Assembly: GCA_964016885.1 (NCBI GenBank)
Contig: OZ024752.1
Location: 16,802,001 to 16,866,000 of the forward strand
Length of the DNA: 64,000 nucleotides
Direction: 5' to 3'
DNA from: Eledone cirrhosa
Taxonomy: Eukaryota
Part shown: positions 25,660 through 40,600 of the stretch, in pieces
Numbering within the stretch: position 1 is the stretch's first letter
How the letters are laid out: each line of letters starts with the position of its first letter
Notes under the pieces: model-generated
Seen by the model: only the letters and a program-made list of their open reading frames with translations
Databases searched by the model: none
Told to the model about the DNA's origin: nothing
Made by a program: the position numbers and the translations under genes

Positions 25660-28600
25660 GAAGGATCACTCTGATGTCAGCTGTGTGTGGTAGTCTGTCT
25701 AGGTGAAGGATCACTCTGATGTCAGCCGTGTGTGGTAGTCTGTCTAGGGGAAGGATCACTCTGATGTCAGTCATGTGTGGTAGTCTGTCTAGGGGAAGGA
25801 TCACTCTGATGTCAGCCGTGTGTGGTAGTCTGTCTAGGGGAAGGATCACCCTGATGTCAGCCGTGTGTGGTAGTCTGTCTAGGGGAAGGATCACTCTGAT
25901 GTCAGCTGTGTGTGGTAGTCTGTCTAGGGGAAGGATCACTCTGATGTCAGCTGTGTGTGGTAGTCTGTCTCGGGGAAGGATCACTCTGATGTCAGTCGTG
26001 TGTGGTAGTCTGTCTAGGGGAAGGATAACTCTGATGTCAGCTGTGTGTGGTAGTCTGTGTCGGGGAAGGATCACTCTGATGTCAGCCGTGTCTGGTAGTC
26101 TGTCTAGGGGAAGGATCACTCTGATGTCAGTCATGTGTGGTAGTCTGTCTAGGGGAAGGATCACTCTGATGTCAGCTGTGTGTGGTAGTCTGTCTAGGGG
26201 AAGGATCACTCTGATGTCAGCCGTGTGTGGTAGTCTCTCTAGGGGAAGGATCACTCTGATGTCAGCTGTGTGTGGTAGTCTGTCTAGGGGAAAGATCACT
26301 CTGATGTCAGTTGTGTGTGGCAGTCTGTCTAGGGGAAGGATCACTCTGATGTCAGCCGTGTGTGGTAGTCTGTCTAGGGGAAGGATCACTCTGATGTCAG
26401 CTGTGTGTGGTAGTCTGTCTAGGGGAAGGATCACTCTGATGTCAGCTGTGTGTGGTAGTCTGTCTAGGGGAAGGATCACCATGATGTCAGCTGTGTGTGG
26501 TAGTCTCTCTAGGGGAAGGACCACTCTGATGTCAGCTGTGTGTGGTAGTCTGTCTCGGGGAAGGATCACTCTGATGTCAGTCGTGTGTGGTAGTCTGTCT
26601 AGGGGAAGGATAACTCTGATGTCAGCTGTGTGCGGTAGTCTGTCTCGGGGAAGGATCACTCTGATGTCAGCCGTGTGTGGTAGTCTGTCTAGGGGAAGGA
26701 TCACTCTGATGTCAGTCAGGTGTGGTAGTCTGTCTAGGGGAAGGATCACTCTGATGTCATCTGTGTGTGGTAGTCACTCTAGGGGAAGGATCACTCTGAT
26801 GTCAGCCGTGTGTGGTAGTCTGTCTAGGGGAAGGATCACTCTGATGTCAGTCATGTGTAGTAGTCTGTCTAGGGGAAGGATCACTCTGATGTCAGCCGTG
26901 TGTGGTAGTCTGTCTAGGGGAAGGATCACTCTGATGTCAGCCGTGTGTGGTAGTCTGTCTAGGGGAAGGATCACTCTGATGTCTGCTGTGTGTGGTAGTC
27001 TGTCTAGGGGAAGGATCACCCTGATGTCAGCCGTGTGTGGTAGTCTGTCTAGGGGAAGGATCACTCTGATGTCAGCCGTGTGTGGTAGTCTGTCTAGGTG
27101 AAGGATCACCCTGATGTCAGCCGTGTGTGGTAGTCTGTCTCGGGGAAGCAACATTCTGATGTCAGCCATGTGTGGTAGTCTGTTATGGGAAGGATCACTC
27201 TGATGTCAGCCGTGTGTGGCAGTCTAGCTAGGGGAAGGATCACTCTGATGTCAGCTGTGTGTGGTAGTCTGTCTAAGGGAAGGATCACTCTGATGTCAGC
27301 CGTGTGTGGTAGTCTGTCTAGGGGAAGGATCACTCTGATGTCAGTCATGTGTGGTAGTCTGTCTAGAGGAAGGATCACTCTGATGTCAGCTGTGTGTGGT
27401 AGTCTGTCTAGGGGAAGGATCACTCTGATGTCAGCCGTGTGTGGTAGTCTGTCTAGGGGAAGGATCACTCTGATGTCAGTCATGTGTGGTAGTCTGTCTA
27501 GGGGAAGGATCACTCTGATGTCAGCTGTATGTGGTAGTCTGTCTAAGGGAAGGATCACTCTGATGTCAGTCGTGTGTGGTAGTCTGTCTAGGGGAAGGAT
27601 CACTCTGATGTCAGTCATGTGTAGTAGTCTGTCTAGGGGAAGGATCACTCTGATGTCAGCCGTGTGTGGTAGTCTGTCTAGGGGAAGAATCACTCTGATG
27701 TCAGCCGTGTGTGGTAGTCTGTCTAGGGGAAGGATCACTCTGATGTCAGCTGTGTGTGGTAGTCTGTCTCGGGGAAGGATCACTCTGATGTCAGTCGTGT
27801 GTGGTAGTCTGTCTAGGGGAAGGATAACTCTGATGTCAGCTGTGTGTCGTAGTCTGTCTCGGGGAAGGATCACTCTGATGTCAGCCGTGTGTGGTAGTCT
27901 GTCTAGGGGAAGGATCACTCTGATGTCAGCTGTGTGTGGTAGTCTGTCTAGGGGAAGGATCACTCTGATGTCAGCCCTGTGTGGTAGTCTGTCTAGGGGA
28001 AGGATCACTCTGATGTCAGCTGTGTGTCGTAGTCTGTCTCGGGGAAGGATCACTCTGATGTCAGCCGTGTGTGGTAGTCTGTCTAGGGGAAGGATTACTC
28101 TGATGTCAGCTGTGTGTGGTAGTCTGTCTAGGGGAAGGATCACTCTGATGTCAGCCCTGTGTGGTAGTCTGTCTAGGGGAAGGATCACTCTGATGTCAGC
28201 TGTGTGTGGTAGTCTGTCTAGGGGAAGGATCACCCTGATGTCGGCCGTGTGTGGTAGTCTGTCTCGGGGAAGGATCACTCTGATGTCAGTTGTGTGTGGT
28301 AGTCTGTCTAGGGGAAGGATAACTCTGATGTCAGCTGTGTGTGGTAGTCTGTCTCGGGGAAGGATCACTCTGATGTCAGCCGTGTGTAGTAGTCTGTCTA
28401 GGGGAAGGATCACTCTGATGTCAGTCATGTGTGGTAGTCTGTCTAGGGGAAGGATCACTCTGATGTCAGCTGTGTGTGGTAGTCTGTCTCGCGGAAGGAT
28501 CACTCTGATGTCAGTCGTGTGTGGCAGTCTGTCTAGGGGAAGGATAACTCTGATGTCAGCTGTGTATGGTAGTCTGTCTCGGGGAAGGATCACTCTGATG

Positions 28601-31600
28601 TCAGCCGTGTGTGGTAGTCTGTCTCGGGGAAGCATCATTCTGATGTCAGCTGTGTGTGGTAGTCTGTCTAGGGGAAGGATCACCCTGATGTCAGCCGTGT
28701 GTGGTAGTCTGTCTAGGTGAAGGATCACCCTGATGTCAGTCATGTGTTGTAGTCTGTCTCGGGGAAGCATCATTCTGATGTCAGCCATGTGTGGTAGTCT
28801 GTTATGGGAAGGATCACTCTGATGTCAGCCGTGTGTGGCAGTCTAGCTAGGGGAAGGATAACTCTGATGTCAGCTGTGTGTGGTAGTCTGTCTCGGGGAA
28901 GGATCACTCTGATGTCAGTCGTGTGTGGTAGTCTGTCTCGGGGAAGGATCACTCTGATGTCAGTCGTGTGTGGTAGTCTGTCTAGGGGAAGGATAACTCT
29001 GATGTCAGCTGTGTGTGGTAGTCTGTCTAGGGGAAGGATCACTCTGATGTCAGTCGTGTGTGGTAGTCTGTCTCGGGGAAGGATCACTCTGATGTCAGTC
29101 GTGTGTGGTAGTCTGTCTAGGGGAAGGATAACTCTGATGTCAGCTGTGTGTGGTAGTCTGTCTAAGGGAAGGATCACTCTGATGTCAGCCGTGTGTGGTA
29201 GTCTGTCTAGGGGAAGGATCACTCTGATGTCAGTCATGTGTGGTAGTCTGTCTAGGGGAAGGATCACTCTGATGTCAGCTGTGTGTGGTAGTCTGTCTCG
29301 GGGAAGGATCACTCTGATGTCAGTTGTGTGTGGTAGTCTGTCTAGGGGAAGGATAACTCTGATGTCAGCTGTGTGTGGTAGTCTGTCTCGGGGAAGGATC
29401 ACTCTGATGTCAGCCGTGTGTAGTAGTCTGTCTAGGGGAAGGATCACTCTGATGTCAGTCATGTGTGGTAGTCTGTCTAGGGGAAGGATCACTCTGATGT
29501 CAGCTGTGTGTGGTAGTCTGTCTCGCGGAAGGATCACTCTGATGTCAGTCGTGTGTGGTAGTCTGTCTAGGGGAAGGATCACTCTGATGTCAGCTGTGTG
29601 TGGTAGTCTGTCTCGCGGAAGGATCACCCTGATGTCAGTCATGTGTGGTAGTCTGTCTCGGGGAAGGATCACTCTGATGTCAGCTGTGTGTGGTAGTCTG
29701 TCTCGGGGAAGGATCACTCTGATGTCAGTCGTGTGTGGTAGTCTGTCTAGGGGAAGGATAACTCTGATGTCAGCTGTGTGTGGTAGTCTGTCTAGGGGAA
29801 GGATAACTCTGATGTCAGCTGTGTGTGGTAGTCTGTCTAGGGGAAGGATAACTCTGATGTCAGCCGTGTGTGGTAGTCTGTCTCGGGGAAGCATCATTCT
29901 GATGTCAGCCATGTGTGGTAGTCTGTTATGGGAAGGATCACTCTGATGTCAGTCATGTGTGGTAGTCTGTCTAGAGGAAGGATCACTCTGATGTCAGCTG
30001 TGTGTGGTAGTCTGTCTAGGGGAAGGATCACTCTGATGTCAGCCGTGTGTGGTAGTCTGTCTAGGGGAAGGATCACTCTGATGTCAGTCATGTGTGGTAG
30101 TCTGTCTAGAGGAAGGATCACTCTGATGTCAGCTGTGTGTGGTAGTCTGTCTAGGGGAAGGATCACTCTGATGTCAGCCGTGTGTGGTAGTCAGTCTAGG
30201 GGAAGGATCACTCTGATGTCAGTCATGTGTGGTAGTCTGTCTAGGGGAAGGATCACTCTGATGTCAGCTGTATGTGGTAGTCTGTCTAAGGGAAGGATCA
30301 CTCTGATGTCAGCCGTGTGTGGTAGTCTGTCTAGGGGAAGGATCACTCTGATGTCAGTCATGTGTAGTAGTCTGTCTAGGGGAAGGATCACTCTGATGTC
30401 AGCCGTGTGTGGTAGTCTGTCTAGGGGAAGGATCACTCTGATGTCAGCCGTGTGTGGTAGTCTGTCTAGGGGAAGGATCACTCTGATGTCAGCTGTGTGT
30501 GGTAGTCTGTCTCGGGGAAGGATCACTCTGATGTCAGTCGTGTGTGGTAGTCTGTCTAGGGGAAGGATAACTCTGATGTCAGCTGTGTGTCGTAGTCTGT
30601 CTCGGGGAAGGATCACTCTGATGTCAGCCGTGTGTGGTAGTCTGTCTAGGGGAAGGATCACTCTGATGTCAGCTGTGTGTGGTAGTCTGTCTAGGGGAAG
30701 GATCACTCTGATGTCAGCCCTGTGTGGTAGTCTGTCTAGGGGAAGGATCACTCTGATGTCAGCTGTGTGTGGTAGTCTGTCTAGGGGAAGGATCACCCTG
30801 ATGTCGGCCGTGTGTGGTAGTCTGTCTAGGGGAAGGATCACTCTGATGTCAGCTGTGTGTGGTAGTCTGTCTCGGGGAAGGATCACTCTGATGTCAGTTG
30901 TGTGTGGTAGTCTGTCTAGGGGAAGGATAACTCTGATGTCAGCTGTGTGTGGTAGTCTGTCTCGGGGAAGGATCACTCTGATGTCAGCCGTGTGTAGTAG
31001 TCTGTCTAGGGGAAGGATCACTCTGATGTCAGTCATGTGTGGTAGTCTGTCTAGGGGAAGGATCACTCTGATGTCAGCTGTGTGTGGTAGTCTGTCTCGC
31101 GGAAGGATCACTCTGATGTCAGTCGTGTGTGGTAGTCTGTCTAGGGGAAGGATAACTCTGATGTCAGCTGTGTATGGTAGTCTGTCTCGGGGAAGGATCA
31201 CTCTGATGTCAGCCGTGTGTGGTAGTCTGTCTCGGGGAAGCATCATTCTGATGTCAGCCGTGTGTGGTAGTCTGTCTAGGGGAAGGATCACCCTGATGTC
31301 AGCCGTGTGTGGTAGTCTGTCTAGGTGAAGGATCACCCTGATGTCAGTCATGTGTGGTAGTCTGTCTCGGGGAAGCATCATTCTGATGTCAGCCATGTGT
31401 GGTAGTCTGTTATGGGAAGGATCACTCTGATGTCAGCCGTGTGTGGCAGTCTAGCTAGGGGAAGGATAACTCTGATGTCAGCTGTGTGTGGTAGTCTGTC
31501 TCGGGGAAGGATCACTCTGATGTCAGTCGTGTGTGGTAGTCTGTCTCGGGGAAGGATCACTCTGATGTCAGTCGTGTGTGGTAGTCTGTCTAGGGGAAGG

Positions 31601-34600
31601 ATAACTCTGATGTCAGCTGTGTGTGGTAGTCTGTCTAGGGGAAGGATCACTCTGATGTCAGTCGTGTGTGGTAGTCTGTCTCGGGGAAGGATCACTCTGA
31701 TGTCAGTCGTGTGTGGTAGTCTGTCTAGGGGAAGGATAACTCTGATGTCAGCTGTGTGTGGTAGTCTGTCTAAGGGAAGGATCACTCTGATGTCAGCCGT
31801 GTGTGGTTGTCTGTCTAGGGGAAGGATCACTCTGATGTCAGTCATGTGTGGTAGTCTGTCTAGGGGAAGGATCACTCTGATGTCAGCTGTGTGTGGTAGT
31901 CTGTCTAGGGGAAGGATCACTCTGATGTCAGTCATGTGTGCTAGTCTGTCTAGGGGAAGGATCACCCTGATGTCAGCCGTGTGTGGTAGTCTGTCTAGGG
32001 GAAGGATCACTCTGATGTCAGCTGTGTGTGGACGTCTGCCTAGGGGAAGGATTACCCTGATGTCAGCCGTGTGTGGTAGTCTGTCTAGGGGAAGGATCAC
32101 TCTGATGTCAGCTGTGTGTGGTAGTCTGTCTAGGGGAAGGATCACTCTGATGTCAGCTGTGTGTGGTAGTCTGTCTAGGGGAAGGATCACTCTGATGTCA
32201 GCTGTGTGTGGTAGTCTGTCTAGGGGAAGGATCACTCTGATGTCAGCTGTGTGTGGTAGTCTGTCTCGGGGAAGGATCACTCTGATGTCAGTTGTGTGTG
32301 GTAGTCTGTCTAGGGGAAGGATAACTCTGATGTCAGCTGTGTGTGGTAGTCTGTCTCGGGGAAGGATCACTCTGATGTCAGCCGTGTGTAGTAGTCTGTC
32401 TAGGGGAAGGATCACTCTGATGTCAGTCATGTGTGGTAGTCTGTCTAGGGGAAGGATCACTCTGATGTCAGCTGTGTGTGGTAGTCTGTCTCGCGGAAGG
32501 ATCACTCTGATGTCAGTCGTGTGTGGTAGTCTGTCTAGGGGAAGGATCACTCTGATGTCAGCTGTGTGTGGTAGTCTGTCTCGCGGAAGGATCACTCTGA
32601 TGTCAGTCATGTGTGGTAGTCTGTCTCGGGGAAGGATCACTCTGATGTCAGCCGTGTGTGGTAGTCTGTCTCGGGGAAGCATCATTCTGATGTCAGCCGT
32701 GTGTGGTAGTCTGTCTAGGGGAAGGATCACCCTGATGTCAGCCGTGTGTGGTAGTCTGTCTAGGTGAAGGATCACCCTGATGTCAGTCATGTGTGGTAGT
32801 CTGTCTCGGGGAAGGATCACTCTGATGTCAGCTGTGTGTGGTAGTCTGTCTCGGGGAAGGATCACTCTGATGTCAGCTGTGTGTGGTAGTCTGTCTAGGG
32901 GAAGGATCACTCTGATGTCAGCTGTGTGTGGTAGTCTGTCTCGGGGAAGGATCACTCTGATGTCAGTTGTGTGTGGTAGTCTGTCTAGGGGAAGGATCAC
33001 TCTGATGTCAGCTGTGTGTGGTAGTCTGTCTAGGTGAAGGATCACTCTGATGTCAGCCGTGTGTGGTAGTCTGTCTAGGGGAAGGATCACTCTGATGTCA
33101 GTCATGTGTGGTAGTCTGTCTAGGGGAAGGATCACTCTGATGTCAGCCGTGTGTGGTAGTCTGTCTAGGGGAAGGATCACCCTGATGTCAGCCGTGTGTG
33201 GTAGTCTGTCTAGGGGAAGGATCACTCTGATGTCAGCTGTGTGTGGTAGTCTGTCTAGGGGAAGGATCACTCTGATGTCAGCTGTGTGTGGTAGTCTGTC
33301 TCGGGGAAGGATCACTCTGATGTCAGTCGTGTGTGGTAGTCTGTCTAGGGGAAGGATAACTCTGATGTCAGCTGTGTGTGGTAGTCTGTGTCGGGGAAGG
33401 ATCACTCTGATGTCAGCCGTGTCTGGTAGTCTGTCTAGGGGAAGGATCACTCTGATGTCAGTCATGTGTGGTAGTCTGTCTAGGGGAAGGATCACTCTGA
33501 TGTCAGCTGTGTGTGGTAGTCTGTCTAGGGGAAGGATCACTCTGATGTCAGCCGTGTGTGGTAGTCTCTCTAGGGGAAGGATCACTCTGATGTCAGCTGT
33601 GTGTGGTAGTCTGTCTAGGGGAAAGATCACTCTGATGTCAGTTGTGTGTGGCAGTCTGTCTAGGGGAAGGATCACTCTGATGTCAGCCGTGTGTGGTAGT
33701 CTGTCTAGGGGAAGGATCACTCTGATGTCAGCTGTGTGTGGTAGTCTGTCTAGGGGAAGGATCACTCTGATGTCAGCTGTGTGTGGTAGTCTGTCTAGGG
33801 GAAGGATCACCATGATGTCAGCTGTGTGTGGTAGTCTCTCTAGGGGAAGGACCACTCTGATGTCAGCTGTGTGTGGTAGTCTGTCTCGGGGAAGGATCAC
33901 TCTGATGTCAGTCGTGTGTGGTAGTCTGTCTAGGGGAAGGATAACTCTGATGTCAGCTGTGTGCGGTAGTCTGTCTCGGGGAAGGATCACTCTGATGTCA
34001 GCCGTGTGTGGTAGTCTGTCTAGGGGAAGGATCACTCTGATGTCAGTCATGTGTGGTAGTCTGTCTAGGGGAAGGATCACTCTGATGTCATCTGTGTGTG
34101 GTAGTCACTCTAGGGGAAGGATCACTCTGATGTCAGCCGTGTGTGGTAGTCTGTCTAGGGGAAGGATCACTCTGATGTCAGTCATGTGTAGTAGTCTGTC
34201 TAGGGGAAGGATCACTCTGATGTCAGCCGTGTGTGGTAGTCTGTCTAGGGGAAGGATCACTCTGATGTCAGCCGTGTGTGGTAGTCTGTCTCGGGGAAGG
34301 ATCACTCTGATGTCAGTTGTGTGTGGTAGTCTGTCTAGGGGAAGGATAACTCTGATGTCAGCTGTGTGTGGTAGTCTGTCTCGGGGAAGGATCACTCTGA
34401 TGTCAGCCGTGTGTAGTAGTCTGTCTAGGGGAAGGATCACTCTGATGTCAGTCATGTGTGGTAGTCTGTCTAGGGGAAGGATCACTCTGATGTCAGCTGT
34501 GTGTGGTAGTCTGTCTCGCGGAAGGATCACTCTGATGTCAGTCGTGTGTGGTAGTCTGTCTAGGGGAAGGATCACTCTGATGTCAGCTGTGTGTGGTAGT

Positions 34601-37600
34601 CTGTCTCGCGGAAGGATCACTCTGATGTCAGTCATGTGTGGTAGTCTGTCTCGGGGAAGGATCACTCTGATGTCAGCCGTGTGTGGTAGTCTGTCTCGGG
34701 GAAGCATCATTCTGATGTCAGCCGTGTGTGGTAGTCTGTCTAGGGGAAGGATCACCCTGATGTCAGCCGTGTGTGGTAGTCTGTCTAGGTGAAGGATCAC
34801 CCTGATGTCAGTCATGTGTGGTAGTCTGTCTCGGGGAAGGATCACTCTGATGTCAGCTGTGTGTGGTAGTCTGTCTCGGGGAAGGATCACTCTGATGTCA
34901 GCTGTGTGTGGTAGTCTGTCTAGGGGAAGGATCACTCTGATGTCAGCTGTGTGTGGTAGTCTGTCTCGGGGAAGGATCACTCTGATGTCAGTTGTGTGTG
35001 GTAGTCTGTCTAGGGGAAGGATCACTCTGATGTCAGCTGTGTGTGGTAGTCTGTCTAGGTGAAGGATCACTCTGATGTCAGCCGTGTGTGGTAGTCTGTC
35101 TAGGGGAAGGATCACTCTGATGTCAGTCATGTGTGGTAGTCTGTCTAGGGGAAGGATCACTCTGATGTCAGCCGTGTGTGGTAGTCTGTCTAGGGGAAGG
35201 ATCACCCTGATGTCAGCCGTGTGTGGTAGTCTGTCTAGGGGAAGGATCACTCTGATGTCAGCTGTGTGTGGTAGTCTGTCTAGGGGAAGGATCACTCTGA
35301 TGTCAGCTGTGTGTGGTAGTCTGTCTCGGGGAAGGATCACTCTGATGTCAGTCGTGTGTGGTAGTCTGTCTAGGGGAAGGATAACTCTGATGTCAGCTGT
35401 GTGTGGTAGTCTGTGTCGGGGAAGGATCACTCTGATGTCAGCCGTGTCTGGTAGTCTGTCTAGGGGAAGGATCACTCTGATGTCAGTCATGTGTGGTAGT
35501 CTGTCTAGGGGAAGGATCACTCTGATGTCAGCTGTGTGTGGTAGTCTGTCTAGGGGAAGGATCACTCTGATGTCAGCCGTGTGTGGTAGTCTCTCTAGGG
35601 GAAGGATCACTCTGATGTCAGCTGTGTGTGGTAGTCTGTCTAGGGGAAAGATCACTCTGATGTCAGTTGTGTGTGGCAGTCTGTCTAGGGGAAGGATCAC
35701 TCTGATGTCAGCCGTGTGTGGTAGTCTGTCTAGGGGAAGGATCACTCTGATGTCAGCTGTGTGTGGTAGTCTGTCTAGGGGAAGGATCACTCTGATGTCA
35801 GCTGTGTGTGGTAGTCTGTCTAGGGGAAGGATCACCATGATGTCAGCTGTGTGTGGTAGTCTCTCTAGGGGAAGGACCACTCTGATGTCAGCTGTGTGTG
35901 GTAGTCTGTCTCGGGGAAGGATCACTCTGATGTCAGTCGTGTGTGGTAGTCTGTCTAGGGGAAGGATAACTCTGATGTCAGCTGTGTGCGGTAGTCTGTC
36001 TCGGGGAAGGATCACTCTGATGTCAGCCGTGTGTGGTAGTCTGTCTAGGGGAAGGATCACTCTGATGTCAGTCATGTGTGGTAGTCTGTCTAGGGGAAGG
36101 ATCACTCTGATGTCATCTGTGTGTGGTAGTCACTCTAGGGGAAGGATCACTCTGATGTCAGCCGTGTGTGGTAGTCTGTCTAGGGGAAGGATCACTCTGA
36201 TGTCAGTCATGTGTAGTAGTCTGTCTAGGGGAAGGATCACTCTGATGTCAGCCGTGTGTGGTAGTCTGTCTAGGGGAAGGATCACTCTGATGTCAGCCGT
36301 GTGTGGTAGTCTGTCTAGGGGAAGGATCACTCTGATGTCTGCTGTGTGTGGTAGTCTGTCTAGGGGAAGGATCACCCTGATGTCAGCCGTGTGTGGTAGT
36401 CTGTCTAGGGGAAGGATCACTCTGATGTCAGCCGTGTGTGGTAGTCTGTCTAGGTGAAGGATCACCCTGATGTCAGCCGTGTGTGGTAGTCTGTCTCGGG
36501 GAAGCAACATTCTGATGTCAGCCATGTGTGGTAGTCTGTTATGGGAAGGATCACTCTGATGTCAGCCGTGTGTGGCAGTCTAGCTAGGGGAAGGATCACT
36601 CTGATGTCAGCTGTGTGTGGTAGTCTGTCTAAGGGAAGGATCACTCTGATGTCAGCCGTGTGTGGTAGTCTGTCTAGGGGAAGGATCACTCTGATGTCAG
36701 TCATGTGTGGTAGTCTGTCTAGAGGAAGGATCACTCTGATGTCAGCTGTGTGTGGTAGTCTGTCTAGGGGAAGGATCACTCTGATGTCAGCCGTGTGTGG
36801 TAGTCTGTCTAGGGGAAGGATCACTCTGATGTCAGTCATGTGTGGTAGTCTGTCTAGGGGAAGGATCACTCTGATGTCAGCTGTATGTGGTAGTCTGTCT
36901 AAGGGAAGGATCACTCTGATGTCAGTCGTGTGTGGTAGTCTGTCTAGGGGAAGGATCACTCTGATGTCAGTCATGTGTAGTAGTCTGTCTAGGGGAAGGA
37001 TCACTCTGATGTCAGCCGTGTGTGGTAGTCTGTCTAGGGGAAGAATCACTCTGATGTCAGCCGTGTGTGGTAGTCTGTCTAGGGGAAGGATCACTCTGAT
37101 GTCAGCTGTGTGTGGTAGTCTGTCTCGGGGAAGGATCACTCTGATGTCAGTCGTGTGTGGTAGTCTGTCTAGGGGAAGGATAACTCTGATGTCAGCTGTG
37201 TGTCGTAGTCTGTCTCGGGGAAGGATCACTCTGATGTCAGCCGTGTGTGGTAGTCTGTCTAGGGGAAGGATCACTCTGATGTCAGCTGTGTGTGGTAGTC
37301 TGTCTAGGGGAAGGATCACTCTGATGTCAGCCCTGTGTGGTAGTCTGTCTAGGGGAAGGATCACTCTGATGTCAGCTGTGTGTCGTAGTCTGTCTCGGGG
37401 AAGGATCACTCTGATGTCAGCCGTGTGTGGTAGTCTGTCTAGGGGAAGGATCACTCTGATGTCAGCTGTGTGTGGTAGTCTGTCTAGGGGAAGGATCACT
37501 CTGATGTCAGCCCTGTGTGGTAGTCTGTCTAGGGGAAGGATCACTCTGATGTCAGCTGTGTGTGGTAGTCTGTCTAGGGGAAGGATCACCCTGATGTCGG

Positions 37601-40600
37601 CCGTGTGTGGTAGTCTGTCTCGGGGAAGGATCACTCTGATGTCAGTTGTGTGTGGTAGTCTGTCTAGGGGAAGGATAACTCTGATGTCAGCTGTGTGTGG
37701 TAGTCTGTCTCGGGGAAGGATCACTCTGATGTCAGCCGTGTGTAGTAGTCTGTCTAGGGGAAGGATCACTCTGATGTCAGTCATGTGTGGTAGTCTGTCT
37801 AGGGGAAGGATCACTCTGATGTCAGCTGTGTGTGGTAGTCTGTCTCGCGGAAGGATCACTCTGATGTCAGTCGTGTGTGGCAGTCTGTCTAGGGGAAGGA
37901 TAACTCTGATGTCAGCTGTGTATGGTAGTCTGTCTCGGGGAAGGATCACTCTGATGTCAGCCGTGTGTGGTAGTCTGTCTCGGGGAAGCATCATTCTGAT
38001 GTCAGCTGTGTGTGGTAGTCTGTCTAGGGGAAGGATCACCCTGATGTCAGCCGTGTGTGGTAGTCTGTCTAGGTGAAGGATCACCCTGATGTCAGTCATG
38101 TGTGGTAGTCTGTCTCGGGGAAGCATCATTCTGATGTCAGCCATGTGTGGTAGTCTGTTATGGGAAGGATCACTCTGATGTCAGCCGTGTGTGGCAGTCT
38201 AGCTAGGGGAAGGATAACTCTGATGTCAGCTGTGTGTGGTAGTCTGTCTCGGGGAAGGATCACTCTGATGTCAGTCGTGTGTGGTAGTCTGTCTCGGGGA
38301 AGGATCACTCTGATGTCAGTCGTGTGTGGTAGTCTGTCTAGGGGAAGGATAACTCTGATGTCAGCTGTGTGTGGTAGTCTGTCTAGGGGAAGGATCACTC
38401 TGATGTCAGTCGTGTGTGGTAGTCTGTCTCGGGGAAGGATCACTCTGATGTCAGTCGTGTGTGGTAGTCTGTCTAGGGGAAGGATAACTCTGATGTCAGC
38501 TGTGTGTGGTAGTCTGTCTAAGGGAAGGATCACTCTGATGTCAGCCGTGTGTGGTAGTCTGTCTAGGGGAAGGATCACTCTGATGTCAGTCATGTGTGGT
38601 AGTCTGTCTAGGGGAAGGATCACTCTGATGTCAGCTGTGTGTGGTAGTCTGTCTCGGGGAAGGATCACTCTGATGTCAGTTGTGTGTGGTAGTCTGTCTA
38701 GGGGAAGGATAACTCTGATGTCAGCTGTGTGTGGTAGTCTGTCTCGGGGAAGGATCACTCTGATGTCAGCCGTGTGTAGTAGTCTGTCTAGGGGAAGGAT
38801 CACTCTGATGTCAGTCATGTGTGGTAGTCTGTCTAGGGGAAGGATCACTCTGATGTCAGCTGTGTGTGGTAGTCTGTCTCGCGGAAGGATCACTCTGATG
38901 TCAGTCGTGTGTGGTAGTCTGTCTAGGGGAAGGATCACTCTGATGTCAGCTGTGTGTGGTAGTCTGTCTCGCGGAAGGATCACCCTGATGTCAGTCATGT
39001 GTGGTAGTCTGTCTCGGGGAAGGATCACTCTGATGTCAGCTGTGTGTGGTAGTCTGTCTCGGGGAAGGATCACTCTGATGTCAGTCGTGTGTGGTAGTCT
39101 GTCTAGGGGAAGGATAACTCTGATGTCAGCTGTGTGTGGTAGTCTGTCTAGGGGAAGGATAACTCTGATGTCAGCTGTGTGTGGTAGTCTGTCTAGGGGA
39201 AGGATAACTCTGATGTCAGCCGTGTGTGGTAGTCTGTCTCGGGGAAGCATCATTCTGATGTCAGCCATGTGTGGTAGTCTGTTATGGGAAGGATCACTCT
39301 GATGTCAGTCATGTGTGGTAGTCTGTCTAGAGGAAGGATCACTCTGATGTCAGCTGTGTGTGGTAGTCTGTCTAGGGGAAGGATCACTCTGATGTCAGCC
39401 GTGTGTGGTAGTCTGTCTAGGGGAAGGATCACTCTGATGTCAGTCATGTGTGGTAGTCTGTCTAGAGGAAGGATCACTCTGATGTCAGCTGTGTGTGGTA
39501 GTCTGTCTAGGGGAAGGATCACTCTGATGTCAGCCGTGTGTGGTAGTCTGTCTAGGGGAAGGATCACTCTGATGTCAGTCATGTGTGGTAGTCTGTCTAG
39601 GGGAAGGATCACTCTGATGTCAGCTGTATGTGGTAGTCTGTCTAAGGGAAGGATCACTCTGATGTCAGCCGTGTGTGGTAGTCTGTCTAGGGGAAGGATC
39701 ACTCTGATGTCAGTCATGTGTAGTAGTCTGTCTAGGGGAAGGATCACTCTGATGTCAGCCGTGTGTGGTAGTCTGTCTAGGGGAAGGATCACTCTGATGT
39801 CAGCCGTGTGTGGTAGTCTGTCTAGGGGAAGGATCACTCTGATGTCAGCTGTGTGTGGTAGTCTGTCTCGGGGAAGGATCACTCTGATGTCAGTCGTGTG
39901 TGGTAGTCTGTCTAGGGGAAGGATAACTCTGATGTCAGCTGTGTGTCGTAGTCTGTCTCGGGGAAGGATCACTCTGATGTCAGCCGTGTGTGGTAGTCTG
40001 TCTAGGGGAAGGATCACTCTGATGTCAGCTGTGTGTGGTAGTCTGTCTAGGGGAAGGATCACTCTGATGTCAGCCCTGTGTGGTAGTCTGTCTAGGGGAA
40101 GGATCACTCTGATGTCAGCTGTGTGTGGTAGTCTGTCTAGGGGAAGGATCACCCTGATGTCGGCCGTGTGTGGTAGTCTGTCTAGGGGAAGGATCACTCT
40201 GATGTCAGCTGTGTGTGGTAGTCTGTCTCGGGGAAGGATCACTCTGATGTCAGTTGTGTGTGGTAGTCTGTCTAGGGGAAGGATAACTCTGATGTCAGCT
40301 GTGTGTGGTAGTCTGTCTCGGGGAAGGATCACTCTGATGTCAGCCGTGTGTAGTAGTCTGTCTAGGGGAAGGATCACTCTGATGTCAGTCATGTGTGGTA
40401 GTCTGTCTAGGGGAAGGATCACTCTAATGTCAGCTGTGTGTGGTAGTCTGTCTCGCGGAAGGATCACTCTGATGTCAGTCGTGTGTGGTAGTCTGTCTAG
40501 GGGAAGGATAACTCTGATGTCAGCTGTGTATGGTAGTCTGTCTCGGGGAAGGATCACTCTGATGTCAGCCGTGTGTGGTAGTCTGTCTCGGGGAAGCATC